DNA from: Muribaculaceae bacterium
GTDB lineage: Bacteria > Bacteroidota > Bacteroidia > Bacteroidales > G3-4614
Assembly (NCBI GenBank): GCA_017546805.1
Contig: JAFYRT010000032.1
Location: forward strand, 13,574 to 77,573
Reading direction: 5' to 3'
Length of the DNA stretch: 64,000 nt
The translations under genes and the position numbers were made by a program. The notes below the pieces were generated by a model, which saw only the letters and a list, made by a program, of their open reading frames with translations, made no database searches and had not been told where the DNA came from. How positions within the stretch are numbered: position 1 is the stretch's first letter; every line of letters begins with the position of its first letter. Shown here piece after piece: positions 8,082-19,055 of this stretch.

Positions 8082-9473
8082 TTACCAACACTCAATATCG
8101 GGAGTGTCAAGTTCTTTTATCCTACTCTTTTTGAAAATAGGTACTACTATTCCCTCTTTGCGTTGAGCTTTGTAATCGGTTAAAAGGAGGTATGTGTATT
8201 TACCCAATTTCGTTATCGATAACATATTTATAAGTACTATAAATATCATAAACAAATCAGCCATCGCCCATACTACATCTAACGGAACGACTGCCCCTGC
8301 CATTACTATCAATATCATTAGTACTCTGAAAATATTTACCAAAAGGTTGTTGTCTTTTATAAATCGGATATTTGCTTCGCCATAATACGAGTTGCTGATA
8401 CATGTACTAAATCCGAAGAAGAATACAATTATAGCAATAAAATGGTACGCCCAAGCCCCTGTTGTTGAGCTCAAAGCATATTGCGTCAGAGCTATTCCCT
8501 CTATATTTTCGGGGGCATCAGCTGCTCCTATGAATATCATAAACGCAGTACAGCTACATATTAGAAGAGTATCTACGAACACTCCCATTGCTTGTACAAA
8601 TCCCTGATTCACTGGATGTTTAACATCTGCTGTTGCTGCAGCATTTGGTGCAGAACCCATACCTGCTTCGTTACTAAACAAGCCTCGTTTTACACCCATC
8701 ATTATTGCTGCTCCAACTCCACCTGCCACAACCTGATTTATCCCAAAAGCAGAGTCGATAATCATTTTTAATATTGTTGGTATTTGATTAATGTTTGCCA
8801 ACACTATACATAAAACCACCAATATATAGGCAAATGCCATTAAAGGAACCAACATAGAGGTAACTTTTGCCACTCGCCCTACTCCTCCAAAAATTGTCAA
8901 TGCCATTAATACTCCTATTATTATGGCACTCCATAATGGAGCTACTCCGAATGCCTCTTCACTCGACAATGCAATTGTGTTTGATTGTACCGAACAAATT
9001 ATAAAGCTAAATGTAAACACAGATAATATAGCAACTACAATTGCCCATGTTTTACTTTTTAACCCTTTGTTGATATAATAAGCAGGTCCTCCTATGAAAA
9101 AGTTTCCATCTTTCGATTTATAGAGCTGCGCAAGTGTTGACTCAACAAATGATGTTGCAGAGTTCAGTATTGCCATCATCCACATCCAGAATATTGCCCC
9201 GGGACCTCCCATTGTTATTGCTAATGCAACTCCTGCAAGATTTCCCACTCCTACTCTGCTTGCCAACGACATTAGAAATGCCTCGATAGATGATATCGTT
9301 CTATTTTCGCCCGACTGTTTTTGTGTAGTTCCTTTTAATGTTCGCAACATTTCAGGCAACATTGTTATTTGTACGGCTTTGGTTTTGATGGTAAACCATA
9401 AGGCCAATACCACCATAACCTCAACCATTAAGTAGTTCCACAAAAAGTCAATAACAGATGAAAATAGTTCCAT
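8082..9473 (-). CDS. alanine/glycine:cation symporter (AGCS family)
   Basis: 463-aa polytopic membrane protein with the AGCS-typical segments GVGNLAGVA..GGPGAIFWMW and GLFSNEAGMGSAP. Confidence 0.85.
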   Translation of the reverse strand: MELFSSVIDFLWNYLMVEVMVVLALWFTIKTKAVQITMLPEMLRTLKGTTQKQSGENRTISSIEAFLMSLASRVGVGNLAGVALAITMGGPGAIFWMWMMAILNSATSFVESTLAQLYKSKDGNFFIGGPAYYINKGLKSKTWAIVVAILSVFTFSFIICSVQSNTIALSSEEAFGVAPLWSAIIIGVLMALTIFGGVGRVAKVTSMLVPLMAFAYILVVLCIVLANINQIPTILKMIIDSAFGINQVVAGGVGAAIMMGVKRGLFSNEAGMGSAPNAAATADVKHPVNQGFVQAMGVFVDTLLICSCTAFMIFIGAADAPENIEGIALTQYALSSTTGAWAYHFIAIIVFFFGFSTCISNSYYGEANIRFIKDNNLLVNIFRVLMILIVMAGAVVPLDVVWAMADLFMIFIVLINMLSITKLGKYTYLLLTDYKAQRKEGIVVPIFKKSRIKELDTPDIECW

Positions 9474-9479
9474 TTTATT

Positions 9480-12224
9480 TTATCCTTTTAGTGCTTTTAT
9501 TCGCTCTTCAATAGATTTGATTTTGCTCTCTGCATCGCTTTGTTTCTTACGCTCCAATTCCACTACTTTTTCAGGAGCATTAGCAACAAATCGTTCGTTT
9601 GAGAGTTTACCCATTACTGTTCGCAAGAAACCTTGTTGATATTTCAAATCCTCTTCAAGTTTCTTAAGTTCAGCCTCAACATCTATATTTCCCTCCATTG
9701 GCACAGCATACTCTGTTGTTCCTACCATAAAGGTTATTGATGTTGCCGCCTTCTCTGCAACAACTTCTATTGATGAAAGGTTTGCCAATTTAGCAATTAT
9801 TGAATCTGCATATGAATTATGCTCTCCCAAAATTTGTAATGACAATTGATTTTTGTTTGGAATATTTTTTTGTAGACGTATTGTTCTTACTCCTGCTATT
9901 ATATTTTTTGCAGACTCTATGTTTGCCACTACATCCTCGTTATATTCCTCTACTTTAGGCATTGGAGCAACCATTATTGATTCTCCCTCTTTACGCTCTG
10001 CTATATGTTGCCACAACTCTTCTGTGATAAATGGCATGAATGGGTGTAACAGACGCAATAACATATCAAAATACTCCAAAGTTTTTGCAAATGTTACTCC
10101 ATCAATAGGCATTCCGTATGCAGGTTTTATCATCTCCAAATACCACGCTGAGAACTCATCCCAGAATAGTTTGTACACTGCCATCAAAGCCTCTGACAGA
10201 CGATATTTGGTGAATAAATCTGCAACCTCTGCATTAACTTTCTTCAATTCAGAATCAAACCACTCTACTGCTATTTTAGCACTTTCAGGTTGTTCTATTG
10301 TATTGTCTACCTGCCATCCGTTTACAAGACGGAATGCATTCCAGATTTTGTTATTGAAGTTACGTCCTTGTTCACAAAGTGTATCGTCAAACAGAATGTC
10401 GTTTCCTGCAGGAGCAGACAACATCATTCCCATACGTACTCCATCAGCTCCGTATTTTTCAATCAAATCCAATGGATCTGGCGAGTTACCTAATGATTTA
10501 GACATCTTACGTCCAATCTTATCGCGTACAATTCCTGTGAAATATACATTTTTGAAAGGCATATCTCCCTTGTACTCATAGCCTGCCATAATCATACGAG
10601 CCACCCAGAAGAAGATAATATCAGGACCTGTTACCAAATCGGCAGTTGGATAGTAATAGTTTATCTCCTCATTGTCGGGATTGTTTATACCATCAAACAA
10701 TGATATTGGCCACAACCATGATGAGAACCATGTATCAAGTGCATCATCGTCGTGTTTCAACTCTTCTTTGGTTATATTCTCATATCCGGGTAGAGCTTTT
10801 GCCAACTCCAATGCTTTGTCGATATTCTCTGCAACAACATATTTCTCCTCTTCTCCTTCGCCTGTTGGTAAGAAGTATGCCGGTATACGATGTCCCCACC
10901 ATAATTGACGGCTGATACACCAGTCTTGAATATTCTCTAACCAATTTTGATATGTTGTTTTATATTTTGCAGGATAGAATTTCAACTCATCGTTCATTAC
11001 AGGTGGTAATGCTATATCTGCAAAATGTTGCATTCTCAAGAACCATTGCATACACAAACGTGGTTCTACTGCTGTATCAGCATTTCTCTCTGAGTATCCA
11101 ACTTTGTTATCATAATCCTCAACTTTCTCAAGCAATCCTGCCTCTTTCAAATCTATAGCAATTTGCTTGCGAACATCCATTCTATCCATTCCAACATACA
11201 TTCCTGCTGCTTCGCTTAATGTTGCATCGGCATTGAATATGTCAATGGTTTCAAGATTGTGAGTTTTACCTAACATATAGTCGTTGGTATCGTGAGCAGG
11301 CGTAACTTTCAAACATCCTGTACCAAACTCTATTTCAACATAACGGTCCTCAATAACAGGAATTACTCTGTTTACCAAAGGTACAATCACGTTTTTACCT
11401 TTCAGCCATGAGTTTTTGGGGTCTTTAGGGTTTATACACATTGCTGTATCACCCATGATTGTCTCGGGACGAGTTGTTGCCACAACTGCATATCTGCGAC
11501 CTTGCTCATCACGGTGTAGAATTTGATGTTTTACTGTTGCATCAAATGCATCTGTTGGAGCAAGAGTTACTGCATCGTTCTCCTCCCCATCTGTTGAACC
11601 CGCAGGCTCATCAACGTAATATCTTAAGTAATAAAGTTTACTCTTTTCGTCTTTATATATTACCTCCTCATTGCTGAGTGCTGTTTGAGCTTTTGGATCC
11701 CAATTGACCATTCTCAAACCACGATATATTAGACCTTTGTTATATAAATCTACAAATACCTTTATAACGCTCTCGCTACGTTTTTCGTCCATTGTAAAGG
11801 CTGTTCTATCCCAATCGCAACTTGCTCCCAATTTGCGAAGTTGCTTAAGAATTATACCTCCATGCTCATCTGTCCACTCCCAAGCGTGTTTCAAAAACTC
11901 TTCACGAGTTAGGTCACTCTTTTTGATTCCTTGCTCGGCTAATCTTTTTACAACTTTAGCTTCTGTTGCAATCGAAGCATGGTCTGTTCCGGGAACCCAA
12001 CATGCATTTTTTCCATCCATTCTTGCACGACGTACCAATATGTCTTGAATGGTATTGTTTAGCATGTGTCCCATGTGCAATACTCCTGTTACGTTTGGTG
12101 GAGGTATTACTATTGTGTATGGCTCTCTTCCATCGGGTACAGATTTAAACAATTGATTGTTTAACCAATATTCATACCACTTTTTCTCTACTTCAGAGGG
12201 ATCGTATTTTGATGCTATTTCCAT
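9480..12224 (-). CDS. valS: valine--tRNA ligase
   Basis: Class I HIGH-type motif [18 protein letters not shown] motif KMSKSLGN, and a C-terminal coiled coil. The track ORF begins at a TTG (12242); I use the ATG at 12224 (MEIASKYDP...). Confidence 0.93.
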   Translation of the reverse strand: MEIASKYDPSEVEKKWYEYWLNNQLFKSVPDGREPYTIVIPPPNVTGVLHMGHMLNNTIQDILVRRARMDGKNACWVPGTDHASIATEAKVVKRLAEQGIKKSDLTREEFLKHAWEWTDEHGGIILKQLRKLGASCDWDRTAFTMDEKRSESVIKVFVDLYNKGLIYRGLRMVNWDPKAQTALSNEEVIYKDEKSKLYYLRYYVDEPAGSTDGEENDAVTLAPTDAFDATVKHQILHRDEQGRRYAVVATTRPETIMGDTAMCINPKDPKNSWLKGKNVIVPLVNRVIPVIEDRYVEIEFGTGCLKVTPAHDTNDYMLGKTHNLETIDIFNADATLSEAAGMYVGMDRMDVRKQIAIDLKEAGLLEKVEDYDNKVGYSERNADTAVEPRLCMQWFLRMQHFADIALPPVMNDELKFYPAKYKTTYQNWLENIQDWCISRQLWWGHRIPAYFLPTGEGEEEKYVVAENIDKALELAKALPGYENITKEELKHDDDALDTWFSSWLWPISLFDGINNPDNEEINYYYPTADLVTGPDIIFFWVARMIMAGYEYKGDMPFKNVYFTGIVRDKIGRKMSKSLGNSPDPLDLIEKYGADGVRMGMMLSAPAGNDILFDDTLCEQGRNFNNKIWNAFRLVNGWQVDNTIEQPESAKIAVEWFDSELKKVNAEVADLFTKYRLSEALMAVYKLFWDEFSAWYLEMIKPAYGMPIDGVTFAKTLEYFDMLLRLLHPFMPFITEELWQHIAERKEGESIMVAPMPKVEEYNEDVVANIESAKNIIAGVRTIRLQKNIPNKNQLSLQILGEHNSYADSIIAKLANLSSIEVVAEKAATSITFMVGTTEYAVPMEGNIDVEAELKKLEEDLKYQQGFLRTVMGKLSNERFVANAPEKVVELERKKQSDAESKIKSIEERIKALKG

Positions 12225-12315
12225 AGTCTTATTTAAAAGCAATAAGGAGTTGAGTAAAAAAATTTTTATTCAACTCCAATATTAGAAATTATTTATAATA
12301 TCTTTTACGCTGTTT

Positions 12316-12660
12316 TTAATCTTTCTTTAGAGACATCTCCTCATCAGCATTGCGGAAATATACTTCGCCTGCTTTATACTCCTCAGTTGCAATCAACGTT
12401 GGTTTTGGCATACGCTCATAGTATTTTGAAATCTCAATTTGCTCACGATTCTCAAATACCTCTTCCAATGAAGTGTCTTGAGCTGAAGATGCATAGTCTT
12501 GCAACTTTTTCTCCAAATCAGTTTTCATTTCGGCAGCAATTTGGTTTGCTCTTTTAGAGATAATTGCTACTGTTTCATAAATGTTTTCTGTGTCTTTACT
12601 CAACTCGATGATATCTCTTGTTACGGTTGAAGTAGGAACATTTGCTTTCTTGTAATCCAT
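12316..12660 (-). CDS. rpoZ: RNA polymerase omega/Rpb6-like subunit
   Basis: 114 aa with a core NIYETVAIISKRANQI resembling the omega/Rpb6 fold signature. It sits immediately downstream of bamD, as in other Bacteroidales. Confidence 0.6.
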   Translation of the reverse strand: MDYKKANVPTSTVTRDIIELSKDTENIYETVAIISKRANQIAAEMKTDLEKKLQDYASSAQDTSLEEVFENREQIEISKYYERMPKPTLIATEEYKAGEVYFRNADEEMSLKKD

Positions 12661-12672
12661 ATCTTATTTATG

Positions 12673-13482
12673 TTAATCGTTTACGTATTTTTGTGCTGTC
12701 TTTAATATTCTATCCGCCTCTTTTAAATATTTCCCTTCAGGGAACTCATTTGTATAGTTGTAATATTCATCTATTACTCCTCTAAAACGTTCTTTCTTCT
12801 TTTCAAGTACACTTTGTTGTGCCTCTTGATAACGCGAACGTAATATGTACATTACCAAATCCTCCTTATATTTTGTATAAGGATAGTCCATTATGGCATT
12901 ATTTGCTGTAATTATAGCCGATTGGTAATTGTTACCTCTATAATCGCCCAAATCATAATAGAGTTTTACTGTCAACAACTCTTTCTCTGCCAACTTCTCT
13001 TGAAGCTCGACAATCAGATTTTGAACCTCCTCTGCTTTATCGCTTTTAGGATAGTAATCAAGGAAATCCTTTAATTCGTCTATTGCCTTGTAAGTATCTG
13101 TCTGATCCAACTTTGGTTCAGGCGACGCTTTTGAATATCCTATTCCTGTGTAATATCGAGCCAACTCGGTATATTCTCCTCGAGGATAATTTCTGTAATA
13201 CGCCTCAAAATATGCTCCTGAAGCTGTGTAGTCTTTTTGCATAAAGGCACTACGTGCCAATAGATACAAAGACTCCTCTGCTTTATCAGTTCCTTTATAG
13301 AGGGTTATTACATCTTTAAGTAAGTTGTATGTACGAGCATATTTACCTTGTTCAAAGTATATTTTTGCATACTCGTATCGCAATTCGTAATCGGTACTTT
13401 TTAACAATTTATTGTACTCGTTACAAGATGCAACCACAAAGCAAATTGCTACAACTGATAATATTTTTGCTATTTTAGACAT
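12673..13482 (-). CDS. bamD: outer membrane protein assembly factor BamD (TPR lipoprotein)
   Basis: Lipoprotein signal (VVASC) and TPR-like repeats (YEYAKIYFEQGKY, YLLARSAFMQKDY). The track start is a TTG at 13494; I use the ATG at 13482 (MSKIAKIL). A TAAATTTG box lies at 13492-13499. Confidence 0.85.
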   Translation of the reverse strand: MSKIAKILSVVAICFVVASCNEYNKLLKSTDYELRYEYAKIYFEQGKYARTYNLLKDVITLYKGTDKAEESLYLLARSAFMQKDYTASGAYFEAYYRNYPRGEYTELARYYTGIGYSKASPEPKLDQTDTYKAIDELKDFLDYYPKSDKAEEVQNLIVELQEKLAEKELLTVKLYYDLGDYRGNNYQSAIITANNAIMDYPYTKYKEDLVMYILRSRYQEAQQSVLEKKKERFRGVIDEYYNYTNEFPEGKYLKEADRILKTAQKYVND

Positions 13483-13650
13483 AATTCGATGCAAATTTAC
13501 AAAAAAATAGCCTAATTACGAAATGAGAAATGCGTTTTTGTGCATTTTTGTCGCTTATTTTGTTTCTAAATTATAAACAATACTTTTTTAATAGAGTTTT
13601 GCTTTTTGGTATATATCAATATTTGTATCTTTGTTGTTCAATTTTTTTAT

Positions 13651-15687
13651 ATGGATTTTATTCTCAAATCGGATTTTAAGCCTACAGGTGACCAACCGGA
13701 AGCTATTAAAGAGTTGGTTAATGGTATTGAACAGGGACTACCTGCTCAAACCTTGTTGGGTGTTACCGGTTCGGGTAAAACATTTACTATGGCCAATGTT
13801 ATTGAGAGGGTAAAAAAGCCCACTCTGATATTAAGCCACAACAAGACTCTTGCAGCTCAGTTATATAACGAATTTAAGGGATTTTTCCCCGACAATGCTG
13901 TAGAGTATTTTGTATCGTATTACGACTATTATCAACCAGAGGCTTACATTCCAAGTTCTGACCTTTATATAGAAAAAGACCTTGCCATTAATGAAGAGAT
14001 TGATAGATTGAGATTATCAACTACATCTGCTCTTCTTTCGGGAAGAAGAGATGTTGTTGTTGTATCATCAGTTTCATGCTTGTATGGTATTGGAAATCCT
14101 CAAGATTTCAATAGCAACCTACTACACATTAATTGTGGAGACAAAATGGAGCGCAACGACTTTTTGAGAATGCTGGTTGATGCTCTGTACTCTCGCAATG
14201 AAACCGAAGTTGTACGAGGCACATTTAGAGTAAAAGGTGATACGGTTGATATATATTTGGCATACGACAACATAATCTTGCGTGTCATGTTTTGGGGCGA
14301 TGAAATTGACTCTATTGAGACAATTGATCCCATTTCGGGTAGTGTTACGGGGAACTTCTCATCCTTTAATATCTACCCCGCAAATCTTTTTGTCACATCA
14401 AAGGAGCGCATAGATAATGCCCTTGCACAAATTGATGTGGATTTAAGTAAGCAGGTGGTATTCTTTAATAGTGTTGGCAAAGAGGCTGAAGCAAAGAGAA
14501 TATACGAACGAGTTTCGTACGATATGGAGATAATTAAGGAGATTGGATACTGCTCTGGAATTGAGAATTATTCAAGATATTTTGACGGCAGAGAAGAGGG
14601 TTCACGTCCTTTCTGTTTGCTTGATTATTTTCCAAAAGATTTTTTGCTTATCATTGATGAAAGTCATGTTACCGTTCCTCAAATAAGAGGCATGTACGGA
14701 GGCGACCACTCTCGTAAATTAAACTTGGTGGAATATGGATTCAGACTCCCTGCGGCTATTGATAACAGACCTCTTAAATTTAACGAGTTTGAGGCATTGA
14801 CCCCTCAAACCATATACGTAAGTGCAACTCCTGCCGATTATGAGTTAGAAAAATCGGAAGGAGTTGTCATTGAACAGATTATCAGGCCCACAGGGCTTTT
14901 AGACCCAATTATAGAGGTTAGACCAAGCCTTAATCAGATTGACGACTTATTAGAGGAGATTCAGATACGCATTGAACGAGACGAAAGAGTTATGGTTACT
15001 ACCTTAACAAAAAAGATGGCAGAGGAGCTAAACTCGTATCTTTTACGTTTAGGTATAAGGAGTAACTATATACACTCTGATATTGAAACATTTGATAGGG
15101 TTGAAATTTTAGCAGGATTAAGAAATGGAGCCTACGATGTTTTGATTGGCGTAAACCTTTTAAGGGAGGGTTTGGACTTACCCGAAGTTTCGCTTATGGT
15201 TATTTTGGATGCAGATAAAGAGGGTTTTTTACGCAACGAACGTTCGCTGACTCAAACTGCAGGAAGGGTTGCTCGTAATCTTAATGGTACAGTAATTATG
15301 TATGCCGACAAGATTACTCCAAGCATGAAAAAAACTATTGACGAAACCAATAGACGCAGAGCTAAACAAATGAAATACAACGAAGAGCATGGTATTACTC
15401 CCCAAGCCATTAAAAAGTCACAAACTACATTATTGACAGGCAGTAGCTCTTCAAAACTTAAAAACGAGGCAATACAATATAGCAAGGAGTTTGACTACGA
15501 GGTTAATGTTGCAGCAGACCCTGTAGTTGCATACATGGATAAGGATTCCTTGAAAGCCTCGATTGAAAAGTGTCGTGTTGCCATGGGTAAAGCCGCAAAA
15601 GATTTGGAATTTATTGAGGCAGCACGTTTAAGAGATGAATTATTGAAATTGGAAGATTTATATAAAGAGAAATTCGGAGATAAATAA
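13651..15687 (+). CDS. uvrB: excinuclease ABC subunit B
   Basis: Walker A GVTGSGKTFT, DESH box IIDESHVT, helicase motifs, and a C-terminal UVR domain (EAARLRDEL). I use the ATG at 13651 (MDFILKSDFKPTGDQ), which lies just after a TATCTTTG -7 box at 13626-13633. The TTG at 13606 is upstream of that box. Confidence 0.95.
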   Translation: MDFILKSDFKPTGDQPEAIKELVNGIEQGLPAQTLLGVTGSGKTFTMANVIERVKKPTLILSHNKTLAAQLYNEFKGFFPDNAVEYFVSYYDYYQPEAYIPSSDLYIEKDLAINEEIDRLRLSTTSALLSGRRDVVVVSSVSCLYGIGNPQDFNSNLLHINCGDKMERNDFLRMLVDALYSRNETEVVRGTFRVKGDTVDIYLAYDNIILRVMFWGDEIDSIETIDPISGSVTGNFSSFNIYPANLFVTSKERIDNALAQIDVDLSKQVVFFNSVGKEAEAKRIYERVSYDMEIIKEIGYCSGIENYSRYFDGREEGSRPFCLLDYFPKDFLLIIDESHVTVPQIRGMYGGDHSRKLNLVEYGFRLPAAIDNRPLKFNEFEALTPQTIYVSATPADYELEKSEGVVIEQIIRPTGLLDPIIEVRPSLNQIDDLLEEIQIRIERDERVMVTTLTKKMAEELNSYLLRLGIRSNYIHSDIETFDRVEILAGLRNGAYDVLIGVNLLREGLDLPEVSLMVILDADKEGFLRNERSLTQTAGRVARNLNGTVIMYADKITPSMKKTIDETNRRRAKQMKYNEEHGITPQAIKKSQTTLLTGSSSSKLKNEAIQYSKEFDYEVNVAADPVVAYMDKDSLKASIEKCRVAMGKAAKDLEFIEAARLRDELLKLEDLYKEKFGDK

Positions 15688-15688
15688 A

Positions 15689-17545
15689 ATGGCACCTAAC
15701 AACAAACCCGACTTGAAATTATGGTTACCTACCACTAAGAAAGAGATGGAAATTCGTGGATGGGACTATGTTGACGTTATTATTTTTACCGGTGATGCAT
15801 ATGTGGATCACCCATCGTTTGGTGCCGCTGTTATTGGCAGAACTCTTGAAGCAGAAGGCTTACGTGTAGCAATTGTTCCACAACCTAACTGGAGAGATGA
15901 TTTACGCGATTTCAAAAAGCTTGGTAAACCACGTCTGTTTTTTAGTGTATCGGCAGGTGCTATGGACTCTATGGTAAACCATTACACCGCAAATAAAAGA
16001 TTAAGAAGCGACGACGCATACACACCCGATGGTAAAGCGGGAATGCGCCCCGACTACCCTACCATTGTATATAGCAACATTCTAAAGGATATTTTCCCTG
16101 ATACACCTGTTGTCATTGGTGGCATAGAGGCATCAATGAGAAGATTGGCTCACTACGATTATTGGCAAGACTCTTTTAGGAAGAGTATCCTAATAGACAG
16201 CAAAGCAGATATATTGGTTTATGGAATGGGAGAAAAACCAGTTAAAGCTATTGCGCATGAGTTAGCCTGTGGTAAAAAAGTTTCAGAACTTAAGGATATT
16301 CCTCAAACTGCAGTAATATGCGATACAGATGCTGCTATAAACGATGAAAAGAATATTATCCTCCACTCATACGAAACATGTCTAAAGGACAAACGTAAAG
16401 ATGCTGAAAACTTTAAAATTATAGATGAAGAGAGTAATAGAGTAACGGATATTACTCTTTGGCAAAAATATAATGAGTGTACGGTTAAGGTAAATCCTCC
16501 TTTTGAACCAATGAGTGAAGAGGAGATTGATGCCTCTTTTGACTTGCCTTACACCCGACTTCCACACCCAAAATATGCAGGAAAAAGCCTTTCGGCATAC
16601 GAGATGATTAAATTCTCGGTTAATCTGCATAGAGGTTGTTTTGGAGGTTGTGCCTTTTGCGCTATTGCTGCTCACCAAGGCAAACATATTACATCTCGTT
16701 CGGAACGTTCTATTTTAGAGGAGGTAAAGAAACTTACCCTTATGTCTGACTTCAAAGGATATCTATCTGATTTGGGTGGACCATCAGCCAATATGTATAA
16801 GATGGGAGGTAAGAACAAAGAGTTGTGCAAAAAGTGCAAACGTCCATCATGTTTACATCCTAAGATGTGTAAAAATTTAAAATGCGACCATTCTCATCTT
16901 ATAGATTTGTACAAAAAAGTGGATGCCATTAAAGGAATAAAAAAGAGTTTTATTGGTAGCGGAATAAGATACGATATGCTTATGCAACGTTTTGATGATG
17001 AGAATATGAACGTGGCTGCAAAAAAATATACCGAAGAGGTTATTAGCAAACACGTTTCGGGAAGACTTAAAGTAGCTCCGGAACACACATCTGACAAAGT
17101 GTTGAATATTATGCGAAAACCCTCTTTCTCGATGTTTGGAGAGTTTAGAAAAGTTTTTGATAAGACCAACCAAAAATATGGTCTCAACCAACAACTCATC
17201 CCCTATTTTATATCCAGTCATCCCGGTTGCTCACTGGTTGACATGGCAGAGCTTGCTGTTATTACTAAAGGATTGGATTTTAAACTTGAGCAGGTGCAAG
17301 ATTTCACTCCTACGCCTATGACTCTTTCTACTGAGATATTTTATACAGGAATTAATCCGTATACAGGAGAAGAGGTCTATACTGCTAAAAATAAAAATGA
17401 CAAACTTGCACAAAGAGAGTTTTTCTTCTGGTATAAACCCGAAAACAAAAGCAATATAAGAGCCACCCTTAAACGTATTGGGCGAGAAGATTTAGCAGAT
17501 AAATTGCTTGGAGCAAAACCAAACAAACCTAAAGGGAGAAGATAG
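15689..17545 (+). CDS. YgiQ family radical SAM protein
   Basis: 618 aa with the Radical_SAM_N-type N-terminus (IIFTGDAYVDHPSFG) and the cluster motif CFGGCAFC. It starts 1 nt after the uvrB stop. Confidence 0.88.
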   Translation: MAPNNKPDLKLWLPTTKKEMEIRGWDYVDVIIFTGDAYVDHPSFGAAVIGRTLEAEGLRVAIVPQPNWRDDLRDFKKLGKPRLFFSVSAGAMDSMVNHYTANKRLRSDDAYTPDGKAGMRPDYPTIVYSNILKDIFPDTPVVIGGIEASMRRLAHYDYWQDSFRKSILIDSKADILVYGMGEKPVKAIAHELACGKKVSELKDIPQTAVICDTDAAINDEKNIILHSYETCLKDKRKDAENFKIIDEESNRVTDITLWQKYNECTVKVNPPFEPMSEEEIDASFDLPYTRLPHPKYAGKSLSAYEMIKFSVNLHRGCFGGCAFCAIAAHQGKHITSRSERSILEEVKKLTLMSDFKGYLSDLGGPSANMYKMGGKNKELCKKCKRPSCLHPKMCKNLKCDHSHLIDLYKKVDAIKGIKKSFIGSGIRYDMLMQRFDDENMNVAAKKYTEEVISKHVSGRLKVAPEHTSDKVLNIMRKPSFSMFGEFRKVFDKTNQKYGLNQQLIPYFISSHPGCSLVDMAELAVITKGLDFKLEQVQDFTPTPMTLSTEIFYTGINPYTGEEVYTAKNKNDKLAQREFFFWYKPENKSNIRATLKRIGREDLADKLLGAKPNKPKGRR

Positions 17546-17557
17546 GTAGTGCAACAA

Positions 17558-18472
17558 CTAACAACTCTTATAAAGTTCTAATATCTTTGATACTTTATCA
17601 GAAGTTGAAAGGTTGTAGTCAATCCAATTTATTTTGAAACCACGACGTTCCATACCTCTAAACCATGTCATTTGTCGTTTTGCAAACTGATGTATGGCAA
17701 TCTCTAAGCCTGAGACCATCTCATCATATGTTGTTTTTCCAATGACATATTCTGTCAGGTATTTATACTCTAATCCATAATAGATTAAATCATCGGGAGC
17801 AATACCTTCATTTAACAACGCCTCTACCTCGGCAACCATTCCCTGATCTAATCTTTCATGTAAGCGTTTTGTGATATTCGCCCTACGAGTTTCCCTATCA
17901 ATATCTATAGCCACAAGTAATGTATCAAGAGGCTTATCCTCTAACTCAGGTTGAGGTAAAGTTTTATAGTACTCAGCTATCTCAATTGCTCGTATAGCTC
18001 GTTTGCAACTATCAACATCGGTTGTATTATGCAGTGTTTTGTATTGCGTCAATATTGTAGTTAACTCATCCAATGTTTTATCGGCAAGAGAATCTCTTAA
18101 TTCGCGATTCTCCGGCACTTCGGGCATTGCATAACCCTTTAACACGGTTTCTACATAGAGACCTGTCCCTCCGCAAATTACAGGCAATTTACCTCGTGTT
18201 TTAATATCGTTTAGCGCTGTGGTAAAATCGCGTTTGTATTGGTATAAGTTATATTTATATCCAGGTTCACAAATATCTATAAGATGATATGGTATTAGTG
18301 TTCCATCGTATGTATATTCGCTTATATCTTTTCCTGTTCCCAAATCCATACGACGATATATTTGACGCGAATCTGCAGAGATTATTTCACCTCTGGTTTC
18401 ATGTGCCAACTTTACTGCCAACGATGTTTTTCCTGATGCAGTTACCCCTATTATGGTTATTGGTTTTGTCAT
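17558..18472 (-). CDS. miaA: tRNA dimethylallyltransferase
   Basis: P-loop GVTASGKTSLAV and IPPT motif SADSRQIYRRMDLGTGK. Confidence 0.92.
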   Translation of the reverse strand: MTKPITIIGVTASGKTSLAVKLAHETRGEIISADSRQIYRRMDLGTGKDISEYTYDGTLIPYHLIDICEPGYKYNLYQYKRDFTTALNDIKTRGKLPVICGGTGLYVETVLKGYAMPEVPENRELRDSLADKTLDELTTILTQYKTLHNTTDVDSCKRAIRAIEIAEYYKTLPQPELEDKPLDTLLVAIDIDRETRRANITKRLHERLDQGMVAEVEALLNEGIAPDDLIYYGLEYKYLTEYVIGKTTYDEMVSGLEIAIHQFAKRQMTWFRGMERRGFKINWIDYNLSTSDKVSKILELYKSC

Positions 18473-18479
18473 TATAAGA

Positions 18480-18998
18480 TTAAGCTTTATTTCCGTTAAT
18501 ATCTAAATTCAAATTCGGAATTATATGTTTTTTTATGAAATCTATCTCTTCGAAGAGTATATCATTTCCCATTACATCGTCTGTACCAATCTCTGATGGA
18601 TATAATACTACTCCCTCTTGATATTTTTTTACCTCCTCTATTTTTTGTTGAGCAAAATAGAAACAAACTGCAAAATCATACTTTTCACTCTTTTTATAAT
18701 ATCTCAAAAGAAAACGCATATCAACAGAAGGCAATGCTTTGCTCAAACGCTCAAATGCAGTTTCATAATCTTCACCAAGTTTCAAAATAGTAGAATAAGG
18801 AGTATCATACATACTTCCGTCAAAGAAAGATTCTGTTGAGAATATAAACTCTTTCTCTTCTGAGAGAAGAATTACTCTTATAAATAATACTTTGTATTTT
18901 CTTGGATTTTTTTTGTACTCCGAAAAAGAGACAGATCCAATAACATTATTATTGTCATTAATCAATGCCAATAAACTATCATCTTCAATTCCTATCAT
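18480..18998 (-). CDS. hypothetical protein
   Basis: 172-aa ORF tightly packed upstream of miaA on the same strand. It has no signal peptide and no motif I recognise. Confidence 0.55.
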   Translation of the reverse strand: MIGIEDDSLLALINDNNNVIGSVSFSEYKKNPRKYKVLFIRVILLSEEKEFIFSTESFFDGSMYDTPYSTILKLGEDYETAFERLSKALPSVDMRFLLRYYKKSEKYDFAVCFYFAQQKIEEVKKYQEGVVLYPSEIGTDDVMGNDILFEEIDFIKKHIIPNLNLDINGNKA

Positions 18999-19055
18999 TT
19001 GAAAAATATTATTTAAGTTATTGATTCAATATTATAAAGATATTTTACAATCAAA

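Noticed and set aside
9853-10581. 242-aa plus-strand ORF, with several shorter ones, antisense to valS.
   Set aside because: It is embedded in valS and has no start context, signal or motif. Its composition is typical of the reverse complement of a real gene.
12243-12315. Hairpin ggagttga...tcaactcc between the omega-like gene and valS, considered as a regulatory leader.
   Set aside because: It is most simply a weak terminator or spacer hairpin. There is no alternative pairing and no mini-ORF, and I cannot judge conservation from this window.
13606-13650. N-terminal extensions created by upstream TTG or extra codons. This one is in uvrB; others are in valS (12225-12242), bamD (13483-13494), the tRNA methyltransferase (37352-37381) and the aminotransferase (52964-52993).
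   Set aside because: The extensions add hydrophobic or nonsensical residues before well-conserved N-termini that begin at an ATG. For uvrB and the aminotransferase, the extension also overlaps promoter or terminator elements.
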